Both the position numbers and the translations under genes were made by a program. From the NCBI GenBank assembly GCA_951406725.2, contig OX597817.1, positions 59,706,001 to 59,770,000 of the forward strand: DNA of 64,000 nt. Reading direction: 5' to 3'. Origin of the DNA: Octopus vulgaris. Lineage: Eukaryota. The notes beneath the pieces were generated by a model. That model did no database searches and was not told the origin of the DNA. It saw nothing but the letters and a program-made list of their open reading frames with translations. Positions 57,656 to 64,000 of the stretch are shown piece after piece. Within the stretch, counting starts at the first letter, position 1. The number at the start of each line of letters is the position of its first letter.

Positions 57656-58374
57656 GTAAGTAAATTCCATCTCGTCTTCATTTTTTTCCATGTTAAATGG
57701 AAATAAGTCATTTTTCACTTTGATTTTCTCTTCATCTTTCATGTTTTGAATGCATTTAATACTTGTGTTTTGAGTTGTTATGTAAGATAACCATTACATA
57801 ATAATATTACCCTCATCAGTCAACATTTTAAAATATAAAGATATATAAAAATCTGGCCTGTATTTAGTAGTTGTCTGGATAGTCTTAGAAACCCACCAAA
57901 GTACAAAGAAGGTGGGGGAGATAGGTTGAGAAAGGTGTGTGTAAGAGGTAGGGGAAATATGAGTAAATAAATATATTATTAAACAGGCAATAAAGCCTAA
58001 TTGCAGAGATGAAATAAAAAGAACGCAGAAAAAGAAAAAAGAAAGAACAGTAACTGATAAACATTAGACACCAAGTGATAGACAAAAAATATAGACAGGA
58101 GGGTGCCAAATATAACATCTAATTACTCATAAAATAACTGAAAAAAAAATGAAGGAGTTTCAGCCATTTCTAATGGATCATAGCATCTTTGACAATTCTT
58201 TTTGTGCCTTATAATTTAACACACTCGGCAGTAAAATTTCCACTTATTTTTATTTTCCTAAAATTTTTGTTGTGTCTTGCAACCTTTTCAAAATCCAAAA
58301 ATGAAATCTCTGACAATGTTTGTAGTATCATTGACTTTCTATAGAACAGATGTAAACACACCCACACACACATT

Positions 58375-58419
<45 letters not shown>

Positions 58420-58949
58420 CACTGCTGAGTGGTTGGTGTTAGGAAGGGCATTCAGCAGTAAAAATCCTGTCAAGACAGTCACGGAATTCTGGTGCAGGCT
58501 TCTGCACCTGGCTGGCTCTTGTCAAACCATCCCACCCATGTTAGCATGGAAGGCGGATATTAAACAGTGATGATGATGAAATACATAAGCATATATACAT
58601 GTATATTCTCACATATATGTACAAACACATACAACTGTGCATATACACACATACAAGCTAAGAAGAATAGTAGTGATGGGGTCTCTGGAACAATTGCTTG
58701 ATACAGTAGAAACTTTTGTATCATTCAAACATACTGGAAATGTTACCATTAACCATTCTGGCCTGAGGATTGCCCTAAGCATGAAACTTTTGAGAAATTA
58801 GTTGTGAAGTGACTGGACCTAACGACATAGAATATTTACTGTCCTTTACTCTACCACATTTGAGGAATGTGTGTTTTTAAGTATAAATATGTATTTTTGT
58901 ATACATAGATACATACACACACGTTTATAAAATTCATTTTTATTTTCAG

Positions 58950-59014
58950 GTTAACCGTGACTGATTCTGATGGTGCCACAAATTCCACTTTAGCTAATGT
59001 TACCGCTATTAAAG
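58950..59014 (+). CDS. KIAA0319L: PKD cassette copy 3, exon F
   Basis: Same as copy 1. Confidence 0.9.
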
Positions 59015-61505
59015 GTTTGTATATTTCCATTTCTTTTACAAATTATACACAAGGCTGTTGAGTTTCATTTCCTGAATATTAAAATAATGCTTTACATGAG
59101 CCAACCAGTTTTTTTATAAGTTTGTATTTGTAAAACTAAACTGAAGTAAACCAGAACACAAAACATCTGGAGGCCCCCAACTCTTACCTGCATTCCAAGC
59201 AAGGTATTTTTGTTTCATTCCACTGGTATTCATATGTCAAAGCTTAAACTGTTTATTGGAGATTATAAACAAAGAAAGGCGCAGGCATGGCTGTGTGGCA
59301 AGAAGCTTGCTTCCCAACCACATGGTCCCAGGTTCAATCCCACTGTATAGCACTTTGGGCAAGTATCTTCTATTATAGCCTTGGGCCAACCAAAACCTTG
59401 TGAGTGGATTTGGTAGATGGAAACTGAAAGAAGCCTGTCGTTTATGTGTATATATGTTTGTGTGTCTGTGTTTCACCCCATACCATCATTTGACAACCGA
59501 TGTTGGTGTGTTTACATCCCCGTAACTTAGCAGTTTGGCAAAAGAGATTGATAGAATAAATACTAGGCTTATAAAGAATAAGTCCTGAGGTCGATTTGTT
59601 CGGCTAAAGGTGGTGCTCCAGCATGGCCACAGTCAATTGACTGAAATGAGTAAAAGAAAATAAAAGAATAAAGATGCTGCTTTTTGCTCAGACTACATTG
59701 AGGACACGTGGAATGACATCTTCACACTCACTTAAACACACACACACACACACATAACAAGCTTTTTCTCAGTTTTCATTTCTTAGTCCTACTCACAAGG
59801 CATTGTTTGGCCTAAAACTACGACAGAAAACTCTTGGCCAAGGTGCCACCACATAGCAGGACTGAAAACCTCAACCAGGATCCTGTCAGAATGTCCAACT
59901 CATACCAGCATGGAAAGCAGGTGGGAAATGATGATAATACACACAACAGATACGTGGGATGAAGTAGTGAAGGCCAAAGACAAAGGACCAAGATATCTGG
60001 TGCCTTGCTGTACTCGGGGAGACCTCTTCACCACAGCTGAATTGATATCCTAAGCCACATTGGTTAATTGCTCCCCTCCCAGCTGAAGGGGGTTTTGTCT
60101 TGCAAGTTATTTGGTGACCCTGGTGGTACTGGCACCACCTAAGAAGCACCTGTGCCGGTGCCATGTAAAAAGCACTCAATACACTGTGTAAAGCAAACCC
60201 AGTCATAGAAATTATGCCAAGACAGATGGTTGGAATGTGGTGCAGCTCTTCAGCCTTGCCAGCTCTGGTGAAACTGTCCAACCCATGCCAGCAAGGAAAG
60301 CAGACATTAAATAATGATGATGATGATCATTATCATTTAATGTTCATTTTCCATGCTAGCTTTGGTTGAATGGTTTGATGATCCAACATGCAATAGGGCC
60401 GTGTGTCAAGTTCCAGTACCTGCTACACTCTTGGAGTGGTTGGCATTAGGAAGGGCATCCAGCTGTTGAAACATTGCCAGATCGGATTGGAGCCTGGTGC
60501 GGCCTCCTGGCTTGCCAGTCTCCAGTCAAACCGTCCAACCCATGCCAGCATGGAAAGCAAACATTAAACGATGATGATGATGATGACAAGGCAGTGGTAT
60601 TTGTTGTTATATTTTTGATTCAGAGGAAGAAATGTGTGTGTGTGTGTGATGGTCTGTCCCACTGAGAATGATATACAAGCTTCCAGTTTGATCAGCAAAA
60701 TTGTCTACTCATCATGCTCAGGTGGATTGCAACTGTGCCTCCCCTTGACATATTTCTCTTTGATGTGAATCTGAATAACAAAGTCTAGTGGATGGCAAGT
60801 AATGGATGCTGTACATGATACATCACCATTTAATGTCTGTGTTCCTTTCTGGTATGGACTGGACACTTTGACCAGGATCTGACAGTTCCAAGCATGACAT
60901 TGTCCTCTAGTTTCTGCTTTCGTTGGATGCCCTTCCTAATCTCACCAATCACTTTTCGGTGCTTTTTTTCATGGTACCATTGAGGTCATCATGCAGCTCA
61001 CATGACGAAAACCCAAGGCAGGACGGGCAGTTTAGTAAAGTATTATGGGATGGAAGTAGGGGCGACTGGGGTCTTGTAGAGGGGCTACACAGCTGTTCAC
61101 AGGGATGAGAATGATACATTCCTAATTTATTAAAAGTTCCTCATCTTGGACTGATAGAAAACAAAGATTTGGTAAATCTTAGCAACTGTGAATGAGGAAG
61201 GGAGATAAATCCAGAAATGGTGAACTTTTTTTACATGTATTTGGATTAGTGAAGACTTTGCCTTTTCTCTTTTGACACTTATTTTCATCTAAAATAAGAC
61301 AATCTGACTGACAGACAAATTTCCATTCACTAATATGTTATAGAACCACTGCACTGAGTCTTCTACCTGCGCATATGGCCTAATTTGACAGCTACACTGT
61401 TTCGATACTCAACATTCTTCAGCTAGATTTTTTTTCATTCAGTTGATGTCTACAGACATAATGTCTGTTTCTCAGCTTTTGACTTTTGCAATTCTTCTCT
61501 TCCAG

Positions 61506-61604
61506 TGCCTCCATTAAAAGTGTCTGCTGGCACCAACAAACGTCTGCAACTTCCCAAGAATAAAATTTTTATTGCCGCATATGTTATGGATGAGCCATTA
61601 GAAG
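61506..61604 (+). CDS. KIAA0319L: PKD cassette copy 4, exon A (variant KNKIFIAA)
   Basis: ACC to GCC at 61574. Confidence 0.9.
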
Positions 61605-63010
61605 GTAAATCAGATTTCAATTTTTCCTTGTTTGTATTTTTTCTTTTTAAATTAATGTTTTCACAGGTGCAGGCTGGCTGTGTGCTTGAGAAGTTCGCTT
61701 CCCTGTCATGTAGTTTTGGGTTCAGCCCCACTGCACAGCACCTTAGGCAGCTGTCTTCTACTATACCCCTGGGCCAACCAGTACATTGTGAGTGAAAGAA
61801 GCAGTGTGTTTATTGTAGTTAAATGTCACTATCATACAAGCAGCGTCCATTCATTTGCAATCTGCTGTGAAAACCTGTCCAGTTCTTTGGTTTTTCATGT
61901 TTGAAGGACTCGAGGGAAATGTTGCCTTGCTTGGAAGCATGGAGAGGATGGTAACAAGGAAAACATACAGCTGTATAAAATATACTTCAATAAATTTCAC
62001 CTGACTTCTTGTGCAAGCACGGAAAAGAGGACATTCAAAGCAACCTTTTATTTGATTCCAACCATGCTGGGACACTGCCTTGAATGAAAATATTTTTCAT
62101 TGTCTGCTAGGATTGGAATCCAGATCTACTGTAAATCCTGCAGCTGTGGTCACCATTTAGTCAAACGGCTATTTTTTTCATGGATGATGTTTCTTGTATG
62201 GTTCCGGAATGTCAGCCACAGCGTTTTTCTTCATGTTGTTCAATTTTCGAAGTTTGGATCCTGTGTATTCTGTTCTCTTCTCTAAAGACCCAGCTGGGCT
62301 GGTGGCTTGTGTCGGTTGGCCTCATGGTTACAGTGGAGATAGGGACTGACTGGGACACTGCACCAGGGGTTGCTCAGGACAACCCAAGCAGATACCCAAG
62401 AAATGGTGAATGTAGCAATGCACTGCAATGGCACATGCTTGATGCTTTCATCAAAATCCAATTTTATTTTCATGGTTTTAGTCAAACGACAACAGGATGT
62501 GCTTTCCTTGCATACATCATGGCTATTAATGATGTATACGAGTGTTTTATATCTTGCTTAGCTGAATATACTTGCTGTATACAATAGGATATATACACAA
62601 GTGTATATAGAAACTCAGTCAAGCCTGAACTGGCTTTACAGCTTGCTCCACCAAATCGTAAACAAATTTGCAATATCTTTCCATGCATAAAATTTTGAAC
62701 GAATGAAAAAAGAGAAGAATGAAATGCCATGGAAGAAGTTTGCATATTTCTTTGTTGTTGACATTCGTTTATGTTTTCGGTAAAGAATGGGCTGCATTGT
62801 AGGTGCGCGCCTGTAAAGGTGTGGCTTGGACTATGTCACTGTGAAGTTACTAAAATAGTTTAGTTATATATTATGTAACTGTGAACTTAGCCACCAGACT
62901 GAATAAGAATCTGTTAAAATATCTTGGATGAATGCTACAGTTAGTTTGCCTTTTCCTATTTACATTAAGTATGATATATGGATGACTATTTTAATCTAAT
63001 ATTGCTTTTG

Positions 63011-63051
<41 letters not shown>

Positions 63052-63070
63052 CTTGCTTTTCTAATTGCAG

Positions 63071-63174
63071 GAAAGGAGTTCCATTACAAATGGTCAATGA
63101 TAACATTCCCTAAAGGTGCTGAGAAACAAGGGTCAATGACTGGACCAGACAGTCAGACATTTATTCTCAAAGAT
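63071..63174 (+). CDS. KIAA0319L: PKD cassette copy 4, exon B
   Basis: Intact, 104 nt. Confidence 0.9.
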
Positions 63175-64000
63175 GTAAGTGGATTGCCAATTTACTCTCC
63201 CTCTCTTTGTCTTTCTCTCCCTTTCTTTCTCTCTCTCTTTCTCTCCCTCTCTCATTGTATGAATTAATTGACTGACAAGGGACTAAGAATTATGTAACCA
63301 ACATCATTAACATCGCAGTTTGTTTCTGCAGTGTACTCAGATTTTAAAAGCTCTGAAGAAGCTATCGGATGTTGCCCAAGCTCTCAGCTCTGAGAGCATT
63401 GCTTCTTTTAGCAGAAACATCTGTAAGCCAATGAAGCTGATTATGTATTTTCAGTTCTTGTCATTCAATCAATTTATATTATGCTCTCTACTTTACTCTA
63501 AAGCATATCTTTATTGAGTCCTAACATCAGGTTGTCTCACTATGTCTATGCAAAATCATCACAAATATGCACACAAGAATTGGTAATTCTGAAACATGGT
63601 ATTGATTTTTTTTTTAATATTCCATGTTGAGGATCTTTCAGCCCCACCCGACTTATTATTCTCTACATACACGGAAGATATTAATGTGACTGATTTTGCA
63701 TCTCAAACATCTGAAATCAGTGTCTGCGAGAAAATCCTGGTCGGAGACAATATGCAAAAAGATTGGGTTCCATTTGCTCTCAATATTTCTCATTTCTTTT
63801 GGTTAGTGTTTTTTAGGAGCAGAGGCACGGCTGTGTGCTTAAGAAATTTACTCTTCAACCACATAGATTTTGGTTCAGTGCCACTGTGTGGCACCTTGGG
63901 CAAGTGCCATCTTCTATAGCTCCAGGCTGACCAAAGCCTTGTGAGTGGATTTGGCAGACAGAAATGAAAATAAATCTGTCCTATATATCTTCCTCATCAT

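Larger units (their letters stand above)
49985..60415 (+). repeat. Tandem duplication unit, copy 3 (10431 bp)
   Basis: Near-identical; same junction TTCCA|GTACCTG. Confidence 0.95.
60416..64000 (+). repeat. Tandem duplication unit, copy 4 (truncated by window end)
   Basis: Near-identical to copies 2 and 3. Confidence 0.95.

Noticed and set aside
40692-61574. A>G differences as A-to-I editing
   Set aside because: The sequence is genomic with introns, and two of the four changes are not A>G
30472-64000. Four separate paralogous genes
   Set aside because: The unit has no start, signal or terminal exon; only internal PKD exons are repeated

Overview
Eukaryotic, AT-rich and microsatellite-laden DNA; the SINE/RTE/Penelope repeat content is typical of Octopus (inference). 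1-10.6 kb is (TA)n tracts hosting an apparently full-length LINE (tandem-repeat 5' region, Myb/trihelix+CCCH ORF1, intact APE-RT ORF2, (AATC)n tail), plus Penelope remnants with a hammerhead ribozyme. From 20851 onward, + strand, is the 5' part of a KIAA0319/KIAA0319L (AAVR)-like gene: a signal-peptide exon, two Ser/Thr-rich exons, then a six-exon, 579-nt phase-1/phase-1 cassette encoding PKD1+PKD2. This cassette is tandemly amplified inside the gene as a ~10.4 kb unit, with 3 complete copies and a 4th running off the window. Copies are nearly identical, but all four exonic substitutions I found are nonsynonymous and fall in 5 adjacent codons of PKD1. Copy 2 has a 1-bp frameshift and copy 1 lacks 1.37 kb of one intron. 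Most ORFs in the supplied track are microsatellite or SINE artefacts.
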